This document shows, piece after piece, positions 38,725 to 48,902 of a stretch of DNA of 64,000 bases. The notes below the pieces were generated by a model, which made no database searches, was not told where the DNA came from, and saw only the letters and a program-made list of their open reading frames with translations. The DNA comes from a bacterium. Its GTDB lineage: Bacteria > Zhuqueibacterota > Zhuqueibacteria > Residuimicrobiales > Krinioviventaceae. The stretch spans positions 2,496,001-2,560,000 of the forward strand of contig CAXXMD010000003.1 in NCBI GenBank assembly GCA_963675755.2, read 5' to 3'. Every line of letters begins with the position of its first letter. The first letter of the stretch is position 1. Position numbers and translations under genes: made by a program.

Positions 38725-39813
38725 ATGAAAATAGTTGATTGGTTTAAAACCCTCAGACGGTATTTTGAAATCCTGACCGCGGATATCAGCCTTTATGATA
38801 TGGAGTACATGATCAAGCGGGAGGGTCCGAGTGTTTTTCAATTTTACAACCAGGGCAACGCAAATCCTGATAAAAAACGAAACCGTTTTTTTCAAACACT
38901 GAGTTTAATCAAAAATCTTTTTTTGGGATTTATTTTAAAAATGAATCCCACCAATCGTTGGATTTATATTCTTTCTGTCTATTTGGTTATTGCAGGATTG
39001 TTGGAAAATCATGACCTTACTGTATTAACCGGGTTTATTTTTCTGAATATTATGCTTGCGTTTGAAATGGCCGGCAAGATTATGGCGAAGGATGAATTGG
39101 AAATAGCCCGGGACATCCAAATGCAACTGCTTCCGGAAGCTCCTCCGAATTTAAAGCGCTATGATATCTCTTTTTTCTCCGAAGCTGCCCGTGAAGTGGG
39201 TGGAGATTTTTTAGATTTTATCCACAACGGGGAAAAACTGACAACGGTTATTGGAGATATTTCCGGCAAGGGGATGCGCGCCGCCATACATATGGTACAG
39301 GTGCATACAATCATCAATAGTCTTAAATCAACATCGGGTACACACGAGTTTCTAACGCAATTGAACGACCGGTTAGAAGGTGTGCTGCCCAAATCGGTTT
39401 TTGTTACCACCAGCTTTTTGTGTATGAACGGTAATGATACTGTTGAATTTTACCGTTCGGGTCATTTGCCCATGTTTAAATATGATTCTAAAACGCAAAA
39501 TTGTGAATCTATTGTACCACCAGGATTAGGAATAGGGCTTGCAAGTACAGAGAAATATGAAAAATCACTGAAATGTGAAAAATTGAATATCAATACTGGT
39601 GATGTTTTTCTGCTATTTACTGATGGACTGGTAGAAACCATGGATAGTGTGCAAAATGAGTATGGTGAAGACCGCTTGATGCAGGTTTTGTGTGAAAATG
39701 CAACGCTTACGAGTAAAGAAATTCAGGATGCCATTTTAAAAAGTGTTGCTTTGTTCCGTGGTAATCAGGCCCCCCACGATGACCTTACACTGGTCATAAT
39801 CAAATGTGTTTAA
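38725..39813 (+). CDS. Membrane-bound PP2C/SpoIIE (RsbU-like) phosphatase
   Basis: ELEIARDIQ, VGGDF.D, GDISGKG, FTDGL and DDLT. Confidence 0.9.
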   Translation: MKIVDWFKTLRRYFEILTADISLYDMEYMIKREGPSVFQFYNQGNANPDKKRNRFFQTLSLIKNLFLGFILKMNPTNRWIYILSVYLVIAGLLENHDLTVLTGFIFLNIMLAFEMAGKIMAKDELEIARDIQMQLLPEAPPNLKRYDISFFSEAAREVGGDFLDFIHNGEKLTTVIGDISGKGMRAAIHMVQVHTIINSLKSTSGTHEFLTQLNDRLEGVLPKSVFVTTSFLCMNGNDTVEFYRSGHLPMFKYDSKTQNCESIVPPGLGIGLASTEKYEKSLKCEKLNINTGDVFLLFTDGLVETMDSVQNEYGEDRLMQVLCENATLTSKEIQDAILKSVALFRGNQAPHDDLTLVIIKCV

Positions 39814-39936
39814 TATGTGTTTCTAATCATTGCGAATAATTGTTGCTCAATACATTTGTTTTTTTTCGTGTAAATCTAAATTTTTCTAATGTTCAATATT
39901 TGTAACTTTTGATTAATCCCACTTGAATTTTAAAAC

Positions 39937-39972
39937 AAAAAAAAGCCCTGATGTTTAATCAGGGCTTTTTTT
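39937..39972. terminator. Bidirectional intrinsic terminator
   Basis: A-run, GCCCTGAT/ATCAGGGC stem, T-run; between convergent genes. Confidence 0.85.
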
Positions 39973-39987
39973 GTTAATCTTGAAATT

Positions 39988-40869
39988 TTAGGGTTTTTCT
40001 ATTTGCAATTCAAAGTTTGTTCCACATAACGAGCCGAACAAGCCAATACCTCCTACAATACCGCCTTCCAACTCGGGGTGTTCCCTGTAATTGTAATGCT
40101 GCAAGTTTTCATCAATAGCCGCAATCTGCATGGTGTTTGATCCAAAGAAAACGATCATTGCATTATACCATGATATAACAGGCTGATTATCATAATCTGA
40201 TGATTCGAGGTCTTTTAACTTCATAGAAGCCCAGATACGACGGGGTTCACTGTTTTTGCCGCCATCGTATTCTTCCTGATCATCTGGAAATGTATGGCTG
40301 TCGCTGAATGGATAAATATATTCTGCGTTTTCATAGGTTTCGTTGCAAAACATTTCCACAAAAATAATCTGTTCCGGGTCTTTATGTTCCAGATAAACCG
40401 GTTTACGCAAGCCCAATTCTGTTTGATATTCATGATTCACTTCGGTATTGCTCAAATCTGTTACCATCGTCAATAAAGCAGGTACTGTTGTAACAGAGCT
40501 TACCTGTTGATCGCCGGTGTTGATGTTCAGCGCATAGGTTTTTTCCGGTTCAATCATTAAATCCTCATTGTAATAGTAACCGGGTTGAGTCGTAGATTCA
40601 ACCAGTACAGTGGTTTCTCCGCTGCCGGTTTCGGTTATGGTTACATCCGCATTGCGAATGGCCGCTTCGGATTTGTCATAATAATCATATACCGGCTGCG
40701 AGTAAAAGACCGTAATTGCATGCTCTTCAGAAAGGGGCTCGTTTCCATATAAATAACCATATACTACAATTTCTTTTTCATATTCAGGTTCTGCGGGATT
40801 TTTGTTGCATCCCATAAAAATAATTGATATTGAAAAAACTATTATTATTAATTTATATATATTTTTCAT
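39988..40869 (-). CDS. DUF4249-like lipoprotein partner of the TonB receptor
   Basis: Lipobox FMGC, IVVYGYL and C-terminal GGIGLFGS; follows the TBDR. Confidence 0.7.
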   Translation of the reverse strand: MKNIYKLIIIVFSISIIFMGCNKNPAEPEYEKEIVVYGYLYGNEPLSEEHAITVFYSQPVYDYYDKSEAAIRNADVTITETGSGETTVLVESTTQPGYYYNEDLMIEPEKTYALNINTGDQQVSSVTTVPALLTMVTDLSNTEVNHEYQTELGLRKPVYLEHKDPEQIIFVEMFCNETYENAEYIYPFSDSHTFPDDQEEYDGGKNSEPRRIWASMKLKDLESSDYDNQPVISWYNAMIVFFGSNTMQIAAIDENLQHYNYREHPELEGGIVGGIGLFGSLCGTNFELQIEKP

Positions 40870-40884
40870 GTCTGATATCCTCCC

Positions 40885-43101
40885 TTAATAATTTACAGAA
40901 AAACCAACCGTGGGAATGAATGGAAGCATGTTGGCATCATCCACAACCGCGGGATTTTGATTAGTATCAAACTGTCTGAACCAGACATTTTTATTGTTAT
41001 AGACATTGATCATCTGGATGAATATTTCACCTTGTTTACCCCAGAAAGAGGTGTCCCGAAAGAGACCAATATCAAGTCTGTGGTATGCAGGCAAGCGGTA
41101 AAAGTTTTTCTCACCTTCCAATACCGTATCGTATTCACGACCGTTTTGATCAACAACTGTATAACGGGCAGTTGCTTCTGTATAGGGTTGGCCGGAGCCG
41201 TATTTGAAAGCAAAGTTTAACCGCCATTTACGGGTCAGACGGTAATCCTGAATGGCTGTAAAGGTGTGGCGTCTGTCATAAGTAGGATAGTACTCTTTGC
41301 CAAAATTATATCCGTCAACTTGCTTTTTCGTCCAGCCCAGTGAATAGCCAAACCAGCCAGTGAATCCCCAGATGTTGTTGCGTAAATAGATGTCCATACC
41401 ATAGGCTTTGCCTTTGCCGCTCAAAAAGTTGTCGGCAGCTGACATGTTTTCAACGGATTCGTCCGCATCTCTAAATTCACGATATTCAGCAATGTTGTAA
41501 TATTTTTTATAATACCCTTCAACGTTGATAGAAAAGGTCTTGTCGTTATCATAAGAGTAACCCAAAATAAAATGATCAGCTTTGCCGGGCTCAAAAGTGT
41601 CATCAACCGGGAACCACATATCTGCAAAGCTCAAGCCTTCCATTTGTACCAGGTTTAAAAACTGGTGATATCTGCCAACGCTTAAAGTTACATCTGATTT
41701 ATCAGTCAGTATGCGCTTTAAAGAAACGCGGGGATCGAACCGTACATAATTGCCATCTGTGTATTGGTCCAACCGGAGCCCGGTTTGCAAAATTGTTAAT
41801 GGAGTGATTTTGAGATTGTCTTGAAAAAAGATGCTGTTATAATATCCTCCAAAGGAGTTACTATATTCAGTGTCTACCACATAATAGTCCAGATCAAAAT
41901 CTACATATTTAGTTTCAAATCCAAAATCCATCGAGTGACCTGAGGACGGAGTATAGGTAAGCATGCCTTTAAAAGCAAGGTCTGTCACTTCGTTAAAGTT
42001 GCCAAATTCAACCTGATCAAAAGTTATCTTGCTGTCACTGTCAAATCTGCTTCCCGCAAACACAAAGTGAGAAAACAGGTTGCTGCTGAACAGGTGGGTC
42101 CATTGAGATGAAAAAGTCCGGTTACCCCATTTTAAACCAATATCTGTACCACCGCTGCTCATATCAAGCACATCGTGACCAGAGTAAAAACTGAGGCTTG
42201 CCTGATTATTGTGATCAATATCCCAGTTGATCTTGCCATGTCCATCATAAAAATAGTAGGGGAGATCAAAATCTACCATTTTTTCAGCAAGCTCGAGATA
42301 AGTCCTACGTCCCGAAATCATCCATGAACCGTGTTTCCAGGGGCCTTCAAGGGTAGTGCTGGCACTCAAGAGGCTCAGGCTGGTTTTACCTTCAAATTCC
42401 TGCCTGTTACCTTCTTTATTCACTACATTCAGCACAGAAGACAGCCTGCCGCCATATTGTGCAGGATAACCGCCTTTTAACAGCTCCACCGATTTAATAG
42501 CGTCTGTGTTGAACGTGCTGAAAAAACCAAACATGTGATTGGGATTATATACATCGATGTGGTCAAGCAAGATCAGGTTTTGATCCGCGCTGCCGCCTCG
42601 AATATACAATCCTGCTGAAAAGTCAGACAATGTTGCAACACCCGGAAGCATCTGCAAAGAGCGGAACAGATCTGCTTCTGCAACGGACGGAATGGACTTT
42701 AATTGCGGAACCTTCATTGCAATTTGTCCCGGTTTGATATCCATTTCGCGCTGTTCACGGTCAGCTTCAACTACCACATCCTGCATTGTGATTGTTTCAG
42801 ATTCCAGATCGATATCCAGAGAAACATCATCATTGTTTTGTAAAGATTTTGTTACTATCAGAGTTTTGAAACCAATATAACGAAAACATATTTCATATGT
42901 ACCGGCAGGGATAGAAGTTAATACAAAATATCCCTTCATATTCGTAGTTGTGCCGATAGTGGTATCCTTGATCCAAACGTTGCCCATAATAATCGGTTCT
43001 TTGTTATCTTTTTCTCGTACAAAACCATGTATTGTGGCCGCGTTAACCGGTAACACCCCCGCGACGATACATATCAGGATTAACACTTTTTTCCAGTTCA
43101 T
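40885..43101 (-). CDS. TonB-dependent receptor with carboxypeptidase-regulatory-like N-domain
   Basis: LQMLPGV, IRGG..DQN, KGGYPAQYGGRLSSVL plug motif and C-terminal beta signal. Confidence 0.92.
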   Translation of the reverse strand: MNWKKVLILICIVAGVLPVNAATIHGFVREKDNKEPIIMGNVWIKDTTIGTTTNMKGYFVLTSIPAGTYEICFRYIGFKTLIVTKSLQNNDDVSLDIDLESETITMQDVVVEADREQREMDIKPGQIAMKVPQLKSIPSVAEADLFRSLQMLPGVATLSDFSAGLYIRGGSADQNLILLDHIDVYNPNHMFGFFSTFNTDAIKSVELLKGGYPAQYGGRLSSVLNVVNKEGNRQEFEGKTSLSLLSASTTLEGPWKHGSWMISGRRTYLELAEKMVDFDLPYYFYDGHGKINWDIDHNNQASLSFYSGHDVLDMSSGGTDIGLKWGNRTFSSQWTHLFSSNLFSHFVFAGSRFDSDSKITFDQVEFGNFNEVTDLAFKGMLTYTPSSGHSMDFGFETKYVDFDLDYYVVDTEYSNSFGGYYNSIFFQDNLKITPLTILQTGLRLDQYTDGNYVRFDPRVSLKRILTDKSDVTLSVGRYHQFLNLVQMEGLSFADMWFPVDDTFEPGKADHFILGYSYDNDKTFSINVEGYYKKYYNIAEYREFRDADESVENMSAADNFLSGKGKAYGMDIYLRNNIWGFTGWFGYSLGWTKKQVDGYNFGKEYYPTYDRRHTFTAIQDYRLTRKWRLNFAFKYGSGQPYTEATARYTVVDQNGREYDTVLEGEKNFYRLPAYHRLDIGLFRDTSFWGKQGEIFIQMINVYNNKNVWFRQFDTNQNPAVVDDANMLPFIPTVGFSVNY

Positions 43102-43162
43102 CTGATTCCTTTCAAACAGTATTATTAATTTGGTTGTAATTTAATTGGAATTCGGTCGGTAA

Positions 43163-43187
43163 TACGGAAAGGATTCATATAGGTTTC
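43163..43187 (-). promoter_or_regulatory. SigW-like ECF promoter upstream of the TBDR
   Basis: Minus strand GAAAC-N16-CGTA(TTA). Confidence 0.6.
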
Positions 43188-43369
43188 GTTTTACCAGCAA
43201 AAAAAATGCATTTGTATGTTTAATTTGCGCTATTGTATTATGTTTCTTGAATTTCGGCATTTTGTTTTTTTCTGGTTTTTTAATGGTGAATAAATATTTA
43301 TGTTTTGTTACATTATAAATTGTATATTATGGTTTATAAATTTTATGTGAATATGGAGTTTTTAAACAG

Positions 43370-44617
43370 GTGCAGGAAATTCTTCAATTAGGTAAACAGG
43401 CACGACAAGCTGCTTTAAAATTGTCTACACTATCCGGTGAAACCCGTCAAAATGCCATTGCAGCAATGCCTCAAAAGTTGTTTTCTGTAAAAGACGAACT
43501 TTTAAAAGCCAATGCTGCAGATGTTAAGGAAGCCAGCGAAAACGGTTTAGCGGGTCCGTTGTTAAAGCGCCTTGAGATCAGTAATAAAGTTTTTGATTAT
43601 ATGATGAACCGACTCCTGGAGGTTGCGCAGTTGCCTGATCCACTGGACAGGGTGTTGGAAGGGCATACGCGTCCCAATGGTTTGCGCGTGGAAAAGATCA
43701 GTGTGCCATTGGGTGTAATCGGAATCATCTATGAATCCCGTCCCAATGTAACGCCTGATGCAGCATCTGTATGTTTAAAAGGCGGAAATGCCGTGATTTT
43801 ACGCGGTGGATCAGAATCTTTACGCACCAATATTGTATTGGCAGATGCCATGATATCTGCTCTTGCAGAGAATGGTGTACCTGAACATGCGGTACAAATT
43901 GTACGAGTACCGGGACATGAAGCTGTTAGCGAATTATTGAAACTTGATCAATATATTGACGTATTGATACCCCGGGGCGGAAAAGGTCTCATTAAACGAA
44001 TTGCAGAGGGTACACGCATACCTGTTATTAAACATTATGAAGGATTGTGTCATTTATATCTGGCAAGTGATGTTAAAGAAGATATGGCGGTTGCGCTGGC
44101 GGTGAATTCAAAATGTCAAAAAGTTGAAGTTTGTAACGCGCTTGAAACGTTGCTGGTAGACTCGGCATCCGCTGAACGTTTGCTGCCTGTACTGGACAAG
44201 GCGTTTAAAGAAAATGGTGTGGAATTGCGTGGATGTGAAAAGACCCGGGCGTTTTTACCAGAGATTAACGCTGCAACAGAGGATGATTGGTCAACCGAGT
44301 ATCTGGCACCTGTTTTATCTGTCAAAGTTGTAGATGGAATTGAACAAGCAATGGACCATATCAATTCCTATGGTTCCGGTCATACGGATGGTATTGTGAC
44401 CCAATCCCTTGAACTGTCAAAACAGTTTGTGAATGGAGTGGACTCGGGTTCAGTACTGGTAAACGCATCTACCCGGCTTTCCGGTGGCGGTGATTATGGT
44501 TTGGGTGCAGTTGTTGGTATTTCAACTGATAAGCTGCATGCACGCGGTCCGGTTGGACCCAATGATTTGACCTCCTATAAATGGGTGGCATATGGTAATG
44601 GACATTTGAGAAAATAA
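43370..44617 (+). CDS. proA: Gamma-glutamyl phosphate reductase
   Basis: PLGVIGIIYESRPNVT, LIPRGG, VCNALETLL and ISTDKLHARGP. Confidence 0.95.
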   Translation: MQEILQLGKQARQAALKLSTLSGETRQNAIAAMPQKLFSVKDELLKANAADVKEASENGLAGPLLKRLEISNKVFDYMMNRLLEVAQLPDPLDRVLEGHTRPNGLRVEKISVPLGVIGIIYESRPNVTPDAASVCLKGGNAVILRGGSESLRTNIVLADAMISALAENGVPEHAVQIVRVPGHEAVSELLKLDQYIDVLIPRGGKGLIKRIAEGTRIPVIKHYEGLCHLYLASDVKEDMAVALAVNSKCQKVEVCNALETLLVDSASAERLLPVLDKAFKENGVELRGCEKTRAFLPEINAATEDDWSTEYLAPVLSVKVVDGIEQAMDHINSYGSGHTDGIVTQSLELSKQFVNGVDSGSVLVNASTRLSGGGDYGLGAVVGISTDKLHARGPVGPNDLTSYKWVAYGNGHLRK

Positions 44618-44630
44618 AAAAAGAGATAGA

Positions 44631-45287
44631 TTGATGAAAAAACAGTATACGCATATTTTGTGGGATTGGAACGGAACTTTGTTGAATGATATGGACCATT
44701 GTGTAGTCTCTATTAACAAAGTGTTACGAAAACATAATAAACCTGAAATTGATATGGAAACCTATTACCGGGAATTTGATTTTCCTGTTCGTGATTATTA
44801 TGAAAGAATAGGATTTAATTTTCAAGAGATCCCCTTTGAAGTCGTAGGTACAGAGTTTATAGAAGAATATTATGAAACCTGGACAGAGTGCAAAATGACC
44901 CAGGATGCTATAGATGTACTCAGGGCAGTTAAAGAGGCAGGTATTTCACAGTCCATTTTATCTGCAGCCGGCACAGACAAGCTGGAAATGTGTACCGAGT
45001 ATTTTAATATTCAGGATTATTTTACAGAATTAACAGGCCTGGATCATCATTACGCGCATGGCAAAGTTGATATTGCGCTAGAATATATGAAGCGAACCGG
45101 TATCCCTCCGGAAAAGATTTTGTTTGTGGGTGATACGACCCATGATTATGAGGTTGCAAAGACTATTGGTGTTGATTGTGTCTTGTACCAAAACGGACAC
45201 CATCCGCTAGACAAGCTGGAAGCGTGTGATGCGCCAACCATCAACTCTTTAAATCAGGTTCTGGATCTGATCAATCATTATTCATAA
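44631..45287 (+). CDS. HAD-family hydrolase (phosphoglycolate phosphatase-like)
   Basis: WDWNGTL and GDTTHD motifs. Confidence 0.85.
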   Translation: MMKKQYTHILWDWNGTLLNDMDHCVVSINKVLRKHNKPEIDMETYYREFDFPVRDYYERIGFNFQEIPFEVVGTEFIEEYYETWTECKMTQDAIDVLRAVKEAGISQSILSAAGTDKLEMCTEYFNIQDYFTELTGLDHHYAHGKVDIALEYMKRTGIPPEKILFVGDTTHDYEVAKTIGVDCVLYQNGHHPLDKLEACDAPTINSLNQVLDLINHYS

Positions 45288-46530
45288 AGTTGACTTCTTC
45301 CGGAAGGGCGTAATTGAGTTTAAAACTCGATATCAGTTCAGATACATTGAGCGTTGTATTGTTTTTAATACCAGCTGAGAAATTGAGCCATATACTGCTT
45401 TTGATATTGAGCTCTGCTCCCAGATTGAGCATAATTGTATTTTCTTCCAGTTTTTCATAGCTATACAGCCCTTCTGCAAATCCTTTCAAGCCGTTTGTCC
45501 CCAAATAGAACCTTGAAATGGCTGTAATATTTTCTTCACGCGCACCCAATCCACCCGGCTTGAATGACGCCGCATTAAAACCCAGTAATAATTGCGACGA
45601 ACTGCCAACAGGCAAACCCAGTGTTGCCCATATATTGACATTGTTTAATTGAACATTTTTTGCAAGAGAATCCGGTTTTTGTGCACCCAGTGCAAATGCC
45701 AGATCGAATTTAGTCTTGTTCCAGTTGGCTGCTTTAAACTCTGATTTTAGGCGTTCTATCTCTTTGTCCGGATCTATGCCTTTTTGTTCAACAAGTGAAA
45801 ACCGAAGATTGATTATATAATCAATCAAAGTTTTGATCTCTTTTACATTCGCGTTGTAATCCTCAGGTTTTACAGCCAGTCCTGTTAATAGATTGTTTCT
45901 TAGATCGTTTTTAATCTCTTTAACTGAATTCAATTCCGGTGCAGCCTTGTAAAGAATCCACTGGTTAAATATTTCCGATTTTTCATAGACATCAAATCCA
46001 TAATAGGGCTTGAATGATTTGTTGAATTCGTTTACCAGGTCACCATGAATATCAACAGACTGTTTGAGTATTCCCGCGGCTTTGCGTTGAAAAGACAGAT
46101 CTTGTAAAAGGTCGCCTTTATCTAAAAGGGTCATCCTTGCACCAAAAGCAAGTTTCGAAAGATTGGTGGAATCGGTTTGTGCTGCTGTTGATATTTTAAG
46201 ACTGTACCAGAGGCGGTTTTTTTTATAATCCTGAATACCGGTTCGGTCAGATTTGAACAATAAAAAGGGTGAAATTTCCACAGCAATGGTTTTGGGAATG
46301 CCCAGTTGAGAACCATTATAAAAATCTGAAAATGACATGTTGAAATCTTTGAGTGTTGAAGGACGCAATATATTACCGGGACTTTTATCCATTGCATTAA
46401 ACGCAGGGATGTCAGGTATGGCAAAGTTGAGTTCATGTTGTAGTAAGGCTGTGTGATAAGGGGCTTGAGCGTATAGAATAAATGGATTAATTATCATTAA
46501 AGCAAAAAGTAATAGCAGTCTTTTTTTCAT
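45271..46530 (-). CDS. Hypothetical exported protein, probable C-terminal beta-barrel
   Basis: Signal peptide, central helical region and amphipathic beta-strands at the C-terminus. Confidence 0.6.
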   Translation of the reverse strand: MKKRLLLLFALMIINPFILYAQAPYHTALLQHELNFAIPDIPAFNAMDKSPGNILRPSTLKDFNMSFSDFYNGSQLGIPKTIAVEISPFLLFKSDRTGIQDYKKNRLWYSLKISTAAQTDSTNLSKLAFGARMTLLDKGDLLQDLSFQRKAAGILKQSVDIHGDLVNEFNKSFKPYYGFDVYEKSEIFNQWILYKAAPELNSVKEIKNDLRNNLLTGLAVKPEDYNANVKEIKTLIDYIINLRFSLVEQKGIDPDKEIERLKSEFKAANWNKTKFDLAFALGAQKPDSLAKNVQLNNVNIWATLGLPVGSSSQLLLGFNAASFKPGGLGAREENITAISRFYLGTNGLKGFAEGLYSYEKLEENTIMLNLGAELNIKSSIWLNFSAGIKNNTTLNVSELISSFKLNYALPEEVNFMNND

Positions 46531-46534
46531 TGAA

Positions 46535-46930
46535 TCAACCTATGGTTTGAGACAAAAGAATGTTTTTAAGTATGGTTTGGGTTGCTCCGGTCAGGTTGCC
46601 GCTTTCCGCATAGAGCCCCCCAATAGATTCACCGTTTTGCTTAAATGTTACATATATATTATAGGGTTTAAAGTTTTCGACATCCAATCCTTTAAAGTTA
46701 CTGAGGAATTGTAAACGATATTTTTCGTTATTTAAATCATTAACAGGCAGGGTGATAGTCTCAATAATTGAACTGTCAGTAGAGGTTTCGATATTATCTT
46801 TAGTAACGGTTAGTATCTCTGTATCATTCAAATCATAAACTGACAGTTTGTAAGCTGCTATCATAACGCCTTCAAAAACCGGTTGTATATTTATATCGCC
46901 ATTTGCTTTTTGAAACTCTATTGATTGCAT
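46535..46930 (-). CDS. Hypothetical beta-rich protein
   Basis: AAAGGA RBS; 4 bp from the next ORF. Confidence 0.65.
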   Translation of the reverse strand: MQSIEFQKANGDINIQPVFEGVMIAAYKLSVYDLNDTEILTVTKDNIETSTDSSIIETITLPVNDLNNEKYRLQFLSNFKGLDVENFKPYNIYVTFKQNGESIGGLYAESGNLTGATQTILKNILLSQTIG

Positions 46931-47226
46931 TGTCGTCCTTTCTTGTTATTATTACACTGAAATTACAAAAAATAATATTTCAAAACAACGAATCCGTTGA
47001 ATTAATGGAATGAGAATCCATTGTAAACTGTTAAAATGATTCATAGAATACGTAAAAATGGTTTGTTTTTGTTAAGAAAAATTTGTAAATTAATTACTTT
47101 GTAACATCTTGAGTAAGTACCAGCCTGTAAATACCCTTCCGGTCAGATTAACCCGATTTACATGTTTCTCAGATGTCTTGACAGCAATTGCGGGTTTATG
47201 CATAAAAACGATTTGAGTAAAAAAGA

Positions 47227-48822
47227 ATGAATTTGTTTGAAAATCTGGGCTTGTCCCGGAAAACATTGAGAGCTATTGAAGAAAAAGGATTTACCGAACC
47301 TACCCCTATTCAGGCAGCAGTAATTCCATTATTGTTGCAGAATAAAAAAGATGTTGTAGGCCAGGCACAAACCGGAACTGGAAAGACTGCTGCATTTGGT
47401 CTTCCAATGATCGAAACTCTCGACACGGGCAAGCACACAAGTGCCCTGATATTGACCCCTACCAGAGAATTAGCAATTCAAGTTGCCGATGAGATTAATT
47501 CTTTGCAGGGAAATAAAGGATTGCGTATTGAACCTATTTATGGTGGACAATCCATTGATACACAATTGAAAAAGCTGAAAAAGGGAGTAGACATTGTTGT
47601 GGGAACTCCGGGCCGTGTTCGTGATCATTTAAAGAGAAAACGGTTAAAGCTCGATCGATTGTCTTATCTTATTCTTGATGAAGCAGATGAAATGTTGAAC
47701 ATGGGATTTGTTGAAGAGATTGAAGAGATTTTAGAATATGTGAATCCTGATCGACGTACGTTATTGTTTTCTGCCACCATGCCAAAACCGATATTGAATA
47801 TCGCGCAAAATTACATGGACGAATATGAACTGGTTAAGGTTACTCCGCAGCAGGTTTCTACCGAACTGGTTGAACAGGTGTACTATCAGGTCAATGAAGG
47901 CGATAAACTTGAAGCACTTTGCCGTGTAATGGATATGGATAAAGATTTTTACGGATTGGTATTCTGTCGTACCAAAGTGGATGCAGACAAGGTATCGCGT
48001 AAATTAATTGACAAGGGTTATAATGCTGACGCATTACACGGAGATATAACCCAACAACAGCGTGAAAAAGTGTTAAACAGTTTTAAAAGACGCACCGTAA
48101 ATGTGTTGGTTGCTACAGATGTAGCGGCTCGCGGTATTGATGTGCAGGATTTAACGCACGTTGTGAATTATACAATTCCACATGATCCTGAAGCTTATGT
48201 ACATCGTATTGGACGTACCGGACGTGCAGGAAAGATGGGTACTGCTGTTACCTTTGTTACTCCTGCCGATTATAAGCATATGAAACGAATTGAACGTTTT
48301 GCCAATGCTAAAATACAACATGGCAAACCACCCAAAGTTCGCGATATTATCAGAGCTCGTAAAGCCCGCATTAAAAATGATGTGCTGGCATATTCTGGTA
48401 GTGAAATCGATGAAATTTATTTGAAAATGGCTCATGATCTATTGGCAGAAAATGATCCTGAACAGATGCTTGCAGCCATGTTGAAATATGCTTTTCGTGA
48501 TAAGCTGGATCGTGACAATTACAAAGAAATTTCAGCTCCCCAACCCTTTGTCGAAGAAGACAATAGTAGTGGCAAAGTAAGACTGTTTGTTGCACGTGGT
48601 AAAAAAGATGGTATGAACGATAAAAAACTAAAACAACTCGTGCGCAAAGGTGTAGATGTTGCTCCCCAAAAGATAAATAATATACGCGTGTTTGACGATT
48701 TTTCATTTATTACCGTACCTTCAAAAGATGCGGATAGGATCCTTAAAATACATGGTAAAGGTGATCGTAAACGCAAACCATTGGTTGAACGAGCCAAGGT
48801 ACCGGCAGGGGCAAAGCGATAA
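47227..48822 (+). CDS. DEAD-box RNA helicase with DbpA RNA-binding domain (DeaD/CshA-like)
   Basis: Q motif, GTGKT, PTRELA, DEAD, SAT and HRIGRTGRAG. Confidence 0.95.
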   Translation: MNLFENLGLSRKTLRAIEEKGFTEPTPIQAAVIPLLLQNKKDVVGQAQTGTGKTAAFGLPMIETLDTGKHTSALILTPTRELAIQVADEINSLQGNKGLRIEPIYGGQSIDTQLKKLKKGVDIVVGTPGRVRDHLKRKRLKLDRLSYLILDEADEMLNMGFVEEIEEILEYVNPDRRTLLFSATMPKPILNIAQNYMDEYELVKVTPQQVSTELVEQVYYQVNEGDKLEALCRVMDMDKDFYGLVFCRTKVDADKVSRKLIDKGYNADALHGDITQQQREKVLNSFKRRTVNVLVATDVAARGIDVQDLTHVVNYTIPHDPEAYVHRIGRTGRAGKMGTAVTFVTPADYKHMKRIERFANAKIQHGKPPKVRDIIRARKARIKNDVLAYSGSEIDEIYLKMAHDLLAENDPEQMLAAMLKYAFRDKLDRDNYKEISAPQPFVEEDNSSGKVRLFVARGKKDGMNDKKLKQLVRKGVDVAPQKINNIRVFDDFSFITVPSKDADRILKIHGKGDRKRKPLVERAKVPAGAKR

Positions 48823-48863
48823 TACATATGAAAAGATAATTGTTTTCTAGTATTATATATTAT

Positions 48864-48899
48864 AGGGTTCGGAAATCATAATTTCAGAACCCTTTTTTT
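48864..48899 (+). terminator. Intrinsic terminator
   Basis: AGGGTTCGGAAAT/ATTTCAGAACCCT plus T-run. Confidence 0.7.
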
Positions 48900-48902
48900 A
48901 TT

